A stretch of DNA of 64,000 nt, taken from positions 159,404,001-159,468,000 of the forward strand of contig NC_086097.1 of NCBI RefSeq assembly GCF_963921235.1, given 5' to 3'. The notes beneath the pieces were generated by a model. The model was not told the origin of the DNA. It ran no database searches and worked only from the letters and a program-made list of their open reading frames with translations. This DNA comes from Mobula hypostoma. Lineage: Eukaryota. The position numbers and the translations under genes were made by a program. This document shows, piece by piece, positions 36,462 through 48,334 of the stretch; positions within the stretch are counted from its first letter, which is position 1, and each line of letters begins with the position of its first letter.

Positions 36462-36625
36462 CCCAAGGACTTGCTCACAACACTTAAATACCTAGATGAG
36501 CAGTCAAACTGGCAAGACATAGAAAGCTAGGGGCCAAATGCTGGAAAATGGGATTAGTATAGATAGGTACTTGATGGTTAGCAAAGATATGGTGGTCCAA
36601 AAGGTCTGTTTCTCTGCTGTAAATC
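36462..36625 (+). mobile_element. Old CR1 3' end
   Basis: aaatacctagatgagca...ggggccaaatgctggaaaatgggattag...aaggtctgtttctctgctgta; colinear continuation of 31470-31680. Confidence 0.7.
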
Positions 36626-36714
36626 ATTTCAAAAGTTCATTACTTATAGGTTTATTGCTAGTAGATTTCTGTTGCTGCAAATCTACAAAAGAATTAGGAG
36701 CAAGAGTAGACCTT

Positions 36715-36915
36715 TGAGACATAAGACTACAATATATAGGAGCAGAATTAGGCCATTCGACCCATCGAGTATATTCCACCACTCTATCTTGGCTGATATA
36801 TCATCCCCTCAACTCCATTCTCCTCCTTCTCCCTGTAACTTTTAACCCCCCCCCTTACTAATTAAGAACCTCCACAGGTTCACCACCCTCTGGCTAAAGA
36901 AATAACGCCTCAAGT
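36715..36915 (-). mobile_element. CR1 3' tail
   Basis: ataggagcagaattaggccattcgacccatcgag...ttcaccaccctctggctaaaga. Confidence 0.8.
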
Positions 36916-38171
36916 TCTTGGTCTCTTGATGATGGTTTAGGTGCTCCCTATAGCTGTTTCAGAATCCTACCTGGTGTAGAGTTACGGTTGTTCTCTTCAA
37001 AGGTCCTTCACAAACCTGCTCATACCAGTGATTAGAGCATTAGTGGGTGTTCCTTGGAAGACTGGAGAGAATGGACAGAGATGAAGCAGAACAGAATCTC
37101 CCATTGCAAGCGAAGAAAGCAAGAAAGAGAGAGAAAGACTGAGCAGGAAGTTTAACTTGTTTGTGACAGCTGATAAGCAGCATGGACAATTAATCAGCTG
37201 ATGTTTAGCATTAATGATGTTTAGTCAATGTTAAGCATCTTATAGTTTTATTTTCATTTGTAGAAATCCATTTCCTGATTGTCGTGGCTCTTTATTTTCA
37301 AAATGAACTAGTTCATTTATTTCAGGTAATCACCCTCGATAATAATGATTGGTCTGGTATAGAGAGAGCCTGAATTCACTCACATGTATCTTTATTTGCT
37401 CAGTTAACAAGAAGTAAGCACATTTTAAAAAACTAAATACCAGTGCACACACTCACTGTATTTCTCTGAACATGAACAGTCAAAGAATCATAAAGGTAAT
37501 ACCCAGGGGAAGGAGTCTCCACTGACTAGGCACTTCCCTTGATCCTGACAGTTTCTACATTTCTGGCATAGGGTCGTCTACTTCTGTGTTGGTTGGTCTC
37601 TAGAGTTGCTGCTTCCTGTACTCCCAAAATCCTCTATCTTATCCTTTTTCTTACCCAATTTATCTGTAGAATCTGCATTCCCTTGCTGCAGGCTTATCTG
37701 GCAAGTTGGGGTCAGCTTCTCATTGGGTCTGGTTCAAGGATACAACCAGAATTACTTGAGCAATACACACAGCAGGAGGAACTTGGCAAGTTAGACAGCA
37801 CCTCTGGGGGAGAATAAACAGTTGGCATTTCAGGCTGAGACCCTTCATCAGGACTGGATGGAAGGGTGCAGAAGCCAGAATATGAAGGTAGGGGGAAGGG
37901 CATGAGTACAAACTGGCAGATGATAGATGAGACCAGGTGAGGAGGAAGGTGAGTGAGTGGAGGAGTGGTAATGAAGTAAAAAGCTGGGAGGGAATAGGTG
38001 GAAGAGGTAAAGGGCTGAAGAAGATTGACTCTAATAAGAGAGGACAATGGATCATGGAAAAAAAAGAGAAAGAGGAGGGCAACCAGAGGGCGGTGATAGG
38101 CAAGTGAGGAGAAGAGAAGAGATGAGAGGGCAACCAGAGTGGGGAATAGAAAAAGAAAGAAGGAGGGAGCT

Positions 38172-38750
38172 TACAAAACTCTAGTTAGGTTGTGTCTGTA
38201 CTACTGGAAACAGTCTGGTCGCCCCATTATGGGAAAGATGTCGAGGCTTTGGAGACAATGCAGAAGTTACAGCCTAGATTAGAGGGAATGTGCTCTAATG
38301 GCAGGTTGGACAAACTTGGCTGTATCTCTGGAGTGGCAGAGGCCAAGGAGAGATCTGAGGGAGGTATATAAGATCATGAGAGGCACAGATAAAGTAGACA
38401 GATTGTATCTTTTTCCCCAGAGTTGAAATGTCTAATGTCAGAGGACATTCACTTAAGGTGAGAGGAGTTAATTTTCAAGGAGATGTGAGGGGCAAGTTTG
38501 TCTGTTGTTGTTGTTTTTTTTTTACACAGAGAGTGGTGGGTGCCTGAAATGCTCTACCTGGGGTGGTGGTAGAGGCAGATACATTAGGGACTTCCAGATA
38601 GGCGCATGATTGTGAGGAAAATGGAGGGATAGAGACATTTTGTTAGCTGAAAAGGTTATTTTAGTTAGCCACTTGATTACTAATTTAATTGGTTTGGCAC
38701 AACATTTGGGCTGAAGGGCCTGTTTCTCTGCTGCACTGTTCTTTGTTCCA
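38172..38750 (+). mobile_element. CR1 3' fragment nested in PLE
   Basis: WSPHYGKDVEALE..Q, DLREVYKIMRG.DKVD, FTQRVVGA*NALP, followed by the tail. Confidence 0.85.
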
Positions 38751-38887
38751 TGAGGGATGGATGAGAAATTACTGGAAGGTGGAGAAATTGATATTCATGC
38801 CATCAGATTGGATGCTACCCTGACAGAATATGAGGCATTGTTCCTCCAAGCTGAGTGGCATCATCATGGCAGTAGAGGAGTCCATGG

Positions 38888-39749
38888 TGTTACGTACCCC
38901 GTAACTGGGTTGCCAAACCAGCAGAAATGGATCACTCAGTTGGAGTCTGGAGTACTAGAACTAAGAAAGTTTTATTAAAGAAACAAGCAACACAGTAATC
39001 AAAAGGATAATAAATGCAACAGTTCAGCAATGATAACCACACATGTGCACAGAATTAAGATAACAGCATCAATCAAGCTCTATCGTTGTCTAGGGGTAAA
39101 TGACCAAATTTCAAAGTGACTCAAAGTTCAGTCCAGTTAGTAGTTCAGTTCGCAGTAATCGTTGCCATGGCGATGGACAACGTGGGGGAAGAGAGACAGA
39201 GAGAACAGGAACAACTGATCATTCAGAACACTGCTTCACTCACAGACCGGCGATATGGCTCACAAGCAACTTTTGGGCGGGTCCTTGGTGATGTCACCTG
39301 AGGTCACCGACTGTGACCCCTCCTCCAGATGCGGTCGATCCTCTGCAGTGAACCCGGCACCCAGGCAAGGGCGGACACACACCGGGTTCCCGCTGATCGT
39401 ACCTTTCCACCCTGGCCGTTGTCTGGCACTTCTCACCGACTCGTGAGAAGCGTACCGCTTCCAGGGTCTCGTTACCTCGGGTGGCGTGTGTCCTGCCTTA
39501 GCGAACCTGTCCCTTTTTATCCCCCTGCTGGGGCACCGCCTGTCCACCACTTCAAACAGTTCAGGGTTCAAAGGGGGAGCCGCTCCAGACAGCTCTCTCT
39601 CCCCCGTTCCTTCATTACACATCTCCAGACGCTGCTCCATTGTTCCTTATCTCTCCTTCCCCTGAGGGCAGGTGGCAGACCACTTGCTGATGTCACTGAT
39701 GCTAACCCAGGCCAGCAAACATCTTAATTTTATGTGTATTCTCGTCACA
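38888..39749 (-). mobile_element. Solo LTR, copy 2
   Basis: TGTTACG...CGTCACA termini, 4-bp TSD ATGG (38884-38887, 39750-39753); colinear and highly similar to 4600-5458. Confidence 0.88.
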
Positions 39750-40921
39750 ATGGATAGACATGTCAGAATGGGTATTGAAATCAGTAACCACTGGGAGATC
39801 CCACCTTTTGCTGTGAACAGTGCCAACGTGTTTGACTAAGTGATCACCCAATCTTTAGTGGGCCTCATTGATGTAGGTGAAGCTACACCGGGAGAACTGA
39901 ATACAATACATAACCCAGACAGACTCGCACGTGAAGTGTCACCTCACCTAGAAGGACTGTTTGGGGCCCTGAATGGCGGTCAGGAGGCAAACTTAAGGGC
40001 ATGTGGAGCACTTGTCATGTTTGCAGGGATAAGGGCCAGGAGGCATGTCAGTGGAGTGGGATAAGTGGACAAGTGACTCATGTATAAAGTGATCCCTGTG
40101 GAAAGAGGGAGGGCTGTGTAGGGAAGATATGCTTAGTAATAAGGTCCCGTTGAGATTGTGGAAGTTATGGAGGAGAATGTGTTGGATGTGGAGTATTGTG
40201 AGGTGGTAGGTAATGACAAAGAGAACCTTAGCCCGGCTATAATAGTGGGAGAATGGAATGAGGGCAGATGTGCAGGAAATGGAGGAGATATGGGTGAGTG
40301 CAGCATCGATGGTAGTGGAAAGGAAACGCTATTCTTTGAAAAAAAGAGGGCATCTCAGACATTCTAGAATGGAAAATGTTTATCACTTCGTTCTCTGCAA
40401 AGTGCCTTCGATGTAGGCCTACCTTGAAGAAGTTTACGTTTCTCTTCAATGGGAGTTCAGTGAAACCATCTCTTAATACTCTCCCTCTGTGCTTCCACAG
40501 TCCCTATTCCTCTCCTATTCAATTCCTTTTACTTCATCCTTTACCTCTTCCACCTATCTCCTCCCAGTTTCTTACTTCGTCTCACCTCCCCTACTCACCT
40601 GTCTCACCTATCACCTACCAGCTTGTACACTTTCCACTCCCCACCTTCCTTTCCAGTCCTGATGAAGGGTCTCAGCCTGAAACATCAACTGTTTATTCCA
40701 TTCTATGTATCCTGTCCAACATGCTGAGTTCCGCCAGCATTTTGTGTGTGTTGTTCAAGATTTCCAGCGTCTGCTGAATCTCTTGTGTTTAAGCAGAATT
40801 ACTTTATGGATCTTCTTCCAAAACTGTGCCTCTGGTAACTTCCTTTCTTCTTTTTGAGTCAGACCAGTTCAAACAGTTTAGCTACCTCAACCAGACACTG
40901 GGCTCAGGCTGCTTCAAGTCG

Positions 40922-41090
40922 ATAAGACCATAAGACCATAAGACGTAGGAGCAGAATTGGGCCATTTGGCCCATCGAGTTTCAATCATTGCTGATCCTTT
41001 TTTTTCTTCCCTCCTCAGCTCCACTCTCTGGCCTTCTCCCTGTAACCTTTGATGCCATGTCCAATCAAGATGCTATCAAGCTCTGGCTTA
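40922..41090 (-). mobile_element. CR1 3' tail
   Basis: (ataagacc)n then gtaggagcagaattgggccatttggcccatcgag. Confidence 0.82.
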
Positions 41091-41559
41091 GTCACAGGCA
41101 GTTCTTTCTATAATCCTATCATTTCTACATAACCAAATAAATAGCTTCTGATTTGGAAATGACCTCAAGTTTAGCAGATCATCAGCAGTTATCCCATTAT
41201 GTCCATTTTCAAATACATTGATTAAGCCATCCCTGAGCAAGAACCAAAACAGTTAACAAAATGGCAGCCTTCATGCCTTTGACCAGATGAATACAACATT
41301 TTGTTTATCTGCTTCTACTTTCTTGGATCATTCCAGTTCACTGATTTGAATATTTTAATTCTTTCTGGCCAAGATCACAATAAAACAGTATATAAAAGAA
41401 TAAACACTGTCTAGAGAACTGTTCACATTTTAATTGCCATGTGGCCTATGCATTTTAGTAGTGCTGCTCTTTCTCCTGGACAAACAAATGTAACATGGAC
41501 AATTCACTGATGACAGGGCACATATTAAGGATGTATTTTTAAACCCACTGTTCTATTAC

Positions 41560-42600
41560 CTCAGCACATATCTAGGCACTGCTTAAACACCATCTATAAA
41601 TGAAACACTCACAACAAGCTGGAGGAACTCAGCAGGTCAGGCAGCATCCGTGGAAACGATCAGTCAACGTTTCAGGCCGGAGCCCTTCATCAGGACTGAA
41701 GAGGGAAGGGGCAGAGGCCCTATAAAGAAGGTGGGGGGGAGGGTGGGAAGGAGAAGGCTGGAAGGTTCCTGGAAGGACCTGCTGAGTTCCTCCAGCTTGT
41801 TGTGAGTGTTGTTTTGACCCCAGCATCTGCAGAATATTTTGTGTTTTGTGTTTACCATCTATAAATGACACCACTGTTGGAAGAATCTCAGATGGTGATG
41901 AGGTGTACAAGAGAGAGAACGAATGATATCACAACAACAACCTTGCACTTAACGTCAGCAAAACCAAGGCATTGATTGGGAAGTTCAGGAAGAGGAAGTT
42001 AAGTGAACACGTACCAGTCCTCATTGAGGGTCAATGGGGGAAAGAGTGGGAAGCTTCAAGTTCGTGTGTGCCAACATCTCAGAGAATCCGAGCACAACAC
42101 ATTGATGCAATCACAAAGAAGGCATGCCAGTGACTATACTTCATTAGTAGTTTGAGGAAATGTGATATATCAGCAAAGAATGGTGAATTTCGACAGATGG
42201 ACAATGGAAATCATTCTGCGTCACTGCCTGGTATGGAGGTTCCAAAGTACAGGGTTCAAAGAGGCTGCAGGGTCTTTCTCCCATCAAGGATATCTTCAAA
42301 GGGTTGTGCCTGAAGAAAGCAGCGTCCATCATTAAGGACCCTCACTATCCGGGACATGCCTTTTTCTCATGACTACAATCAAGGATGTGGTTAGCCTGGA
42401 GACTAAAAACATTTTAGGAACAGCTTCTTCATCTCCACCATCAGGTTTCTGAACCATCCACGAACACTGCCCCAGTATATTCCTCTTTTGTACTATTTAT
42501 TTATTTCTTGAAACTCATAATAATTTTTTATGTGTTACACTATACTGCTACCACAAAACAGCAGGTTTCATGATGTATGTCAATGATTGTAAACTGAATA
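41560..42600 (+). mobile_element. Decayed Rex1/Babar RT-to-tail fragment
   Basis: DTTVGRISDGDE, NNLALNVSKTK, CLKKAASIIKDPHYPGHAFFS motifs. Confidence 0.82.
41604..41853. mobile_element. 250-bp head-to-head PLE-end insertion with hammerhead (41661-41698, minus)
   Basis: Perfect 15-bp TSD ACCATCTATAAATGA (41589-41603, 41854-41868); perfect 34-bp inverted repeat 41604-41637 / 41777-41810; cagtc-CTGATGA-agg..cct-GAAA-cg-TT-gactg on minus. Confidence 0.92.
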
Positions 42601-42624
42601 AAAATGCTACATATGGCACAAGCA

Positions 42625-43078
42625 GAGAAAATTTGCAATGATTGCTGGGACTTCAGGACCTGAGTTATAGGGGAAGGTTGAATAGGCTAGAACTTCATTC
42701 CCTGGAGAATAAGGAGCGATAGAGGTACAGTATATAAAATTATAAGTGGTACAGATAGGATAAATGCAAGCAGGCTTTTTCCACTGAAGTTGAGTGAGAC
42801 TAGAACTAGAGGTCATGGGTTATGAGTGAAAGGTGAAATATTTAAGGAGATCATGAGGGGGAGCTTTTTCACATAAAAGAGTGAGGAGAGTGTGGAATGT
42901 ACTGTCAGTGGAAGTGGTGGGTGTGGGTTCAATTTCAACATTTATGAGCAGTTTGGATAAAACATGGATAGGAGGGGTATTGGGTGCAGGCGGATAAGAG
43001 TAAGCAGAAAACAAGGCTGGTATGGACAAGATGGACTGAAAGGCCTGTTTCTGTTCTGTAGTCCTCTATGGCTCTATG
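42625..43078 (+). mobile_element. CR1 3' fragment
   Basis: LSYRGRLNRL.L.SLE, RTRGHGL*VKGE.FK; tail aaggcctgtttctgttctgtagtcctctatggctctatg. Confidence 0.82.
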
Positions 43079-46000
43079 CCACTTTAATTAGAAGGAAATA
43101 TATTCTGATACCTTATGGCAGATGGTAACATCATCACAGTAGGGATGCAGACGAGAAACCAGAAGGAAAGATTCAGTTTGTTTGTTTGTTTGTTTTTTTT
43201 TACACAATACAGTCCAGGACAAAATCTATAACTCAGCTTTTGTACATATTATCCTACTTCACCAGAGAACGTGAGCCCTTGAGAAGACAGAGCTGTGATT
43301 GGTGAAGTAAAGTGATTAGAATAATAGAAAATTGAAAGCATACAGAGTGACATAATCTGAGTAAGAGCTGCAAGCAATAGAAAGAAATTCATCAGGATAT
43401 TCAATAATAGTTTCAGAAGTATCTCTACAGTTTTACTGTGGAGCAACTCCACCAAGCGTTTGAGAAACTGAAAGTTCACCCACAAAGGGTGAAACAGCAT
43501 TACTTACTGAAATTTCTGTTACTTCATTATCCTTTTTCACACTTTATTTTATAAATATTTTTGTCTGCTGCAAAGCAACAAATTTCCTTTCATATAAGTC
43601 AGCGATAATAAACTTGATTGATTCTTAAACTGAAGGTTAAGTCTTTTTGAACCCACCATTCTTTATTCCAATGGCCTTCAAACAAACTTTACATTGTGCA
43701 GGCATCTTCTACCATCACTTAAATATTGGCAGATCCAGAACAGGTCATGAGCTGAGCATGATCTTCTGTAAATCCAGAACCCAATAAAGTAAATTGTTTT
43801 TCTCCATTATTATAATCTTTCAACTGCATTGTTAAATACCAGAAAAAGTTGTCATAGATCTATCTCTCAGGCATTGTAAAAGACAGAACATTTGTCTGGA
43901 ATAGGAAAATTAACTTACAATATTTGTCTGTTTAGATTTGGATGGGCAGGAAAGCTCAGGAGGAGTTCTCAACATGATCGTACAAGGCCAAATATAAGGA
44001 AAATCACTGACATATTTTTTTGTGATGATTTTTTAAAATTCTCTTTACATTTAATTATACAGCAGACACTGTATTAAGAGCAGCATCTCTATTTAAATTA
44101 GACTGTGTATAATTAAACTTCAAGCAGTTGAGAATTATATACTCTTACAGTTCAGATCATATCACTAATGAGTTTAATTTTTAATTTCCTAAATATTACC
44201 TTATATTTTTCCAAATATATGAAATTACAGAACTCCCAATAAACAATGTACATTTATTTTCTTTCATACAATGACTCAAATATCAAAAAGAGTCAATGTT
44301 TTATTCACCAATGAGAAGTTTTTACTGTATTCTTATTACACATGCAATAGCTTCTCATTTAGTAGTCATGACATAACTTATATTGAACAAAGGAAAAATA
44401 TAGATTGATGTAACCAGCCAACTGAAATGACAATTAATTAGTCACCTTCAAACAAAATGTAACATGTTTTTTTCTAAATATCAATAAACAGGTTCGTGAT
44501 TTGAAATAAGGAGGTCTGTATCTGTGCAAGAGGCTGGTCAGAATAGACGACTAATTGCTAACTTAACAATGTTGCATCAAACTACATATGTTGATGCTGA
44601 TTATTTTTATGCCACTGGAGACAAATGATGAAGTATTTTACAGGTGATGTTGTTCAAATCAGTGTTCCACTTCCATCATATTATTTTGCAAGTGATCTTC
44701 GTTAAAAATCTATGGGAATCTCTGATATTCAGTACAAGATCTGATTTAAATCCAGAGAGATATCTGTCTGAACAGCTCGGAGTCTTTTTATCAACTGATA
44801 AAACATTCTATAAATGCAAGTGCTCATGCTTCAAAGTTAATGGTCTATATGCATAGACGTACACAGGACAAAAATAGATGATTGAGTCATTATAACAATA
44901 ATGTTAATTTAATAAGGCAGTTCAACAATTTAATTTTCTCCTTTGTTTAGCTCTAGTGGCTCTGAGATTTCTATTGTCGCTTGGTGGATAGCTTTTCAAA
45001 GATGCATGAGAGCATTTGAAATGAATTGGACTTTTAGTGGTTTGATACAGCACTGGGAAATGACTGCTGCATGCAGCTAGTCCTGCTCATGCCATTCATT
45101 GCTTGCACAGTCCAGGAGGAGAAGTGATATCAACAGCCCATAATCCTATTTAAAGGTTCCTAGCTCAGTTTAAAGAGAAGGTGCATTAGGGCTACAAGGG
45201 CCAATGTAAGATTGTACGAAAGTTGGCATGAATAAAGTTGTGAGGCATAAAGTGATAGAAAGAGAGGAAAAGGGAGAGAGAAAGATAGAGCCAAAATGAG
45301 AAACGAAAGAGATAGAGAAACAGATAGGAAGAGGAAGTCACTGCTGTCACCTGCCATTCAGTGCAACCAGAGTTCAGTTATCCAAGGCCTCACCTCCTTT
45401 TCTGTGCCAGTTCCAATTGATCTACAATCCCTCGCTCTTTCAAAAAAAAATTAGCTACTTACTCTTCAAGTATTCACAGTGATCTCATTTCCATAACCCT
45501 CCAGGCAAACCATCCTCTCCCTAAACAATCTACATTTTGCTACACTATCAAGTATTTTAATTAATATTCATCCTTGAACATTCAGTACTATTACAAACTT
45601 TACGCCTATACTTGACATTTTGCACAGAAACAGAGGCAGATATTCAGATATAAGAGCCACATTATCAAATATCATATCATGAACATACAAACATGAATCT
45701 CTCTTTTCTGTAGCTATTAGTAATTTATAAATTGAATCAGCACACTGGACCAATGCATCTGTGAGAGCCCTGTCAATCTACATTTGGCTCAAATTTCTGA
45801 ATAACAGGGAGTAGTAGAGCAGAAACTGTGACTATTGGTGTGATGCGCACTTGAATCATTTTGACTATGGCTTATAGGAAAGGAAAGGAAACTGTTGATG
45901 CCCAGCCACGAATGAAATCTTTGATTTGCGGTTTCATGCCATGTTACTGAGGCTAAGCAACAGATTACCACTGCTGAATTTGCTAATGCCCTTCACTGTG

Positions 46001-46482
46001 ATGACATTAGAGTATTAACATGTAGGTACAGAGATACAGTTTTCTCTGTGAGATTTCCAGAACAGAGAGGCAAAATTATTTAAGATTAAATGTAAGCTAT
46101 TCAAAGATAAAATTTATCACCCAAAAAATTGTGAAAATGTATTCTTTCTTCCTTCAAGAAGGGTTCTGTCAATTGGTATTCTCATGAATGAAACTGCCTG
46201 ATGTTTGTTATGATGTACCTACAATAACAGTAACTGTCAGCTCTCTCATTGTGCACTGTAACAAGAAAATACATATTCACATTTGTGCAAAATGTTAAGA
46301 CTAATGGCAGTGTTAAAATAACATAACAAGTAATCAAATCTAAGATTATTCCAGACATATCTTGGTTGACTTTTTACATTTTTCGGAGACAAGTCTACAA
46401 TGTCTACCTGTATCCCTTTTTAGTGTAGCACCTCAGAGAGAAAACAAGACAAAAAAGAAAATCTCTCATTTGTTTCTCATAT

Positions 46483-46665
46483 TCACACGAGATTCTGGAG
46501 ACGCTGGAAATTCAGAGTAAGACACACAAAATACTGCAGCAACTCAGCAGGTCAGGCATCAACTATGGAGAGATACCAACTGTAAACATTGCGGGCCGAG
46601 ACCCTACACCAGGACTGGAAAGGAAAGGAGAAGAAGCCAGAATAAGGTGGGGGAGCGGCAAGGAG
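46483..46665 (-). mobile_element. PLE pLTR end with degenerate hammerhead
   Basis: aactcagcaggtcaggcatc...gggccgagaccctacaccaggactgg, same family as 37758-37860. Confidence 0.78.
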
Positions 46666-47361
46666 GGTTTCTGTTTTCTTCTCATCTCACCAGTTTACTC
46701 CCCCTTTCAATTCTCTTCAAGGCTTTGAATTTCTCTTGGATGCATGGATAAGCATCTGTGAGTATTGCAGGTATTACCTTACCACATTTTTACTCTGTAA
46801 CCACATAGACTCAAGACTAATGCATAGTGCATTTTTCTAGCTCTAAATAATTAATGCCTGCCCTCATACATATAGTTTCGTTTTTAACAATTTAATTGAT
46901 CCACTTCCGAGACTTGGTGTCATCTACCCACTGGACTAACTTTTTAAAATAGAGCAAGTACCAATTTCATGCATTTGAAGATGGCAATTATTTATTTTGG
47001 ACCATGATAGTAAGGCATTAATACTTTGTTAGCAATACCAATCTTGAATTCAATGCATATTAATGAAATGTTAGCTTTTTTAAAATCAGACTTTCAAGAA
47101 AGGGTTGGTTAGGAGACTTGGGCTATTACCCTAGATATTGGTGGCTTTATAGTCATGTTTGCTACTAAGATCTTGTCTAACCCAGTTTCAGGCTTAGCTC
47201 AGTAAAGCCACTTCTGGTTGTCTGTTATGAAGATTGAAGTGTCTTTTTTCATTAAAATTTGGCTGGATAATGATAGTGCATTGGGGAGCATGAGAAGGAA
47301 GGTTGAGATCAGGGGAAAGGGGTGGGGGGAAGATAAATTACCATAGAATGATCAGAGGCTC

Positions 47362-47896
47362 TGAGGAGAGACTCAGGAAGTACAACCTGCCTCAGGAGCT
47401 GCTGATTCAATTCTATTCAGGAATAATCCAGTCTGTTCTCTGTTCGTCCACCACTGTCTGGTTTGGATCAGCTACCAAACAAGACAAGAATGGACTCCAA
47501 AGAACCATCAGGGCTGCGGAAAGGATTATTGGTGTGAAGCTTCCCTCGATCCAGGACTTATATGCATCTAGAGTAGGAAGTGAGCAAGCAGCATCATCAT
47601 TGTAGATCCACCACACCCTGGACATCACCTGTTCGAACTCCTTCCTTCTGGTAGGCGCTTTAAATCACTTTCTTTCCGTATGCCATCAGTCTTATGAACA
47701 CTTGAATTTTAGTCTATTATAAACCAAGTTCACCTGTACATACACAGGTATACCTCATTGTATATAGTTCACGATTATTTGCACTATTGTATTGTTTGCT
47801 TTTTGATCCTGTATAGCGAGAGCTCAGGGAAACCGGCATCAAATTCCCTGTATGTGTCCACATACTTGGCAGTAATAAAGGATTCTGATTCTGATT
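47362..47896 (+). mobile_element. Rex1/Babar 3' end (distinct subfamily)
   Basis: RLRKYNLPQELLIQFYSGIIQSVLCSSTTVWFGS...HPGHHLFELLPSGRRF; aataaag + (gattct)n tail. Confidence 0.9.
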
Positions 47897-48334
47897 ATGG
47901 TGGGAAGGGAAAATATACAAAAAGGCATATTTGCCATGGGTAATTAAGAAGGGCACAGAGAGGAGAGGAGAGGAGAGGATTTTCGTAGAGTAAAATTCAG
48001 CACAGCATAATTTCAGAGAATGAGTTTCATGGTGAGAGGAGATGGGAGAGGGAGAAATCACATACTGACAAAAAATGAGCAAGACTTTATTCTTGCCTTT
48101 GTTTTCTGGGTAGGGTCATTGAACTCTTGCAGAACTCCATCCTTGCCCTGCTTCAATAAGTTTGAAATATTCAGCTTTCAAACTTACTGGAGCATTTGTA
48201 GAATCATAACGAGATACACCATGGAAACAGGTCCTATGGCCCACTGACCTTCCCTAAATCATTTTACTTTCCACACATTCCTAACAATTCTCCTTAAATT
48301 CTACTACTCACCAACACAATAGAGACAATTTCTG

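Larger units (their letters stand above)
37758..40790 (-). mobile_element. Penelope-like element with inverted pLTRs (minus body 37758-40375, plus pLTR ~40490-40790), with nested CR1 and solo LTR
   Basis: GIY-YIG region at ~39840-39950 (minus VMYCIQFSRCSFTYINE); degenerate hammerheads at 37819-37856 (-) and 40655-40690 (+); 14-bp TSD AA(C/G)CAGAATTACTT at 37744-37757 and 40791-40804. Confidence 0.9.

Noticed and set aside
36971..37061. Exon-like segment on minus strand (ttctctccag ... cag|gtagga)
   Set aside because: All three frames contain stops; a non-coding exon cannot be supported without transcript data.
45568..45777. Protein-like minus-strand ORF (IDRALTDALVQCADSIYKLL...)
   Set aside because: No pyrimidine tract, no convincing donor, no recognised homology.
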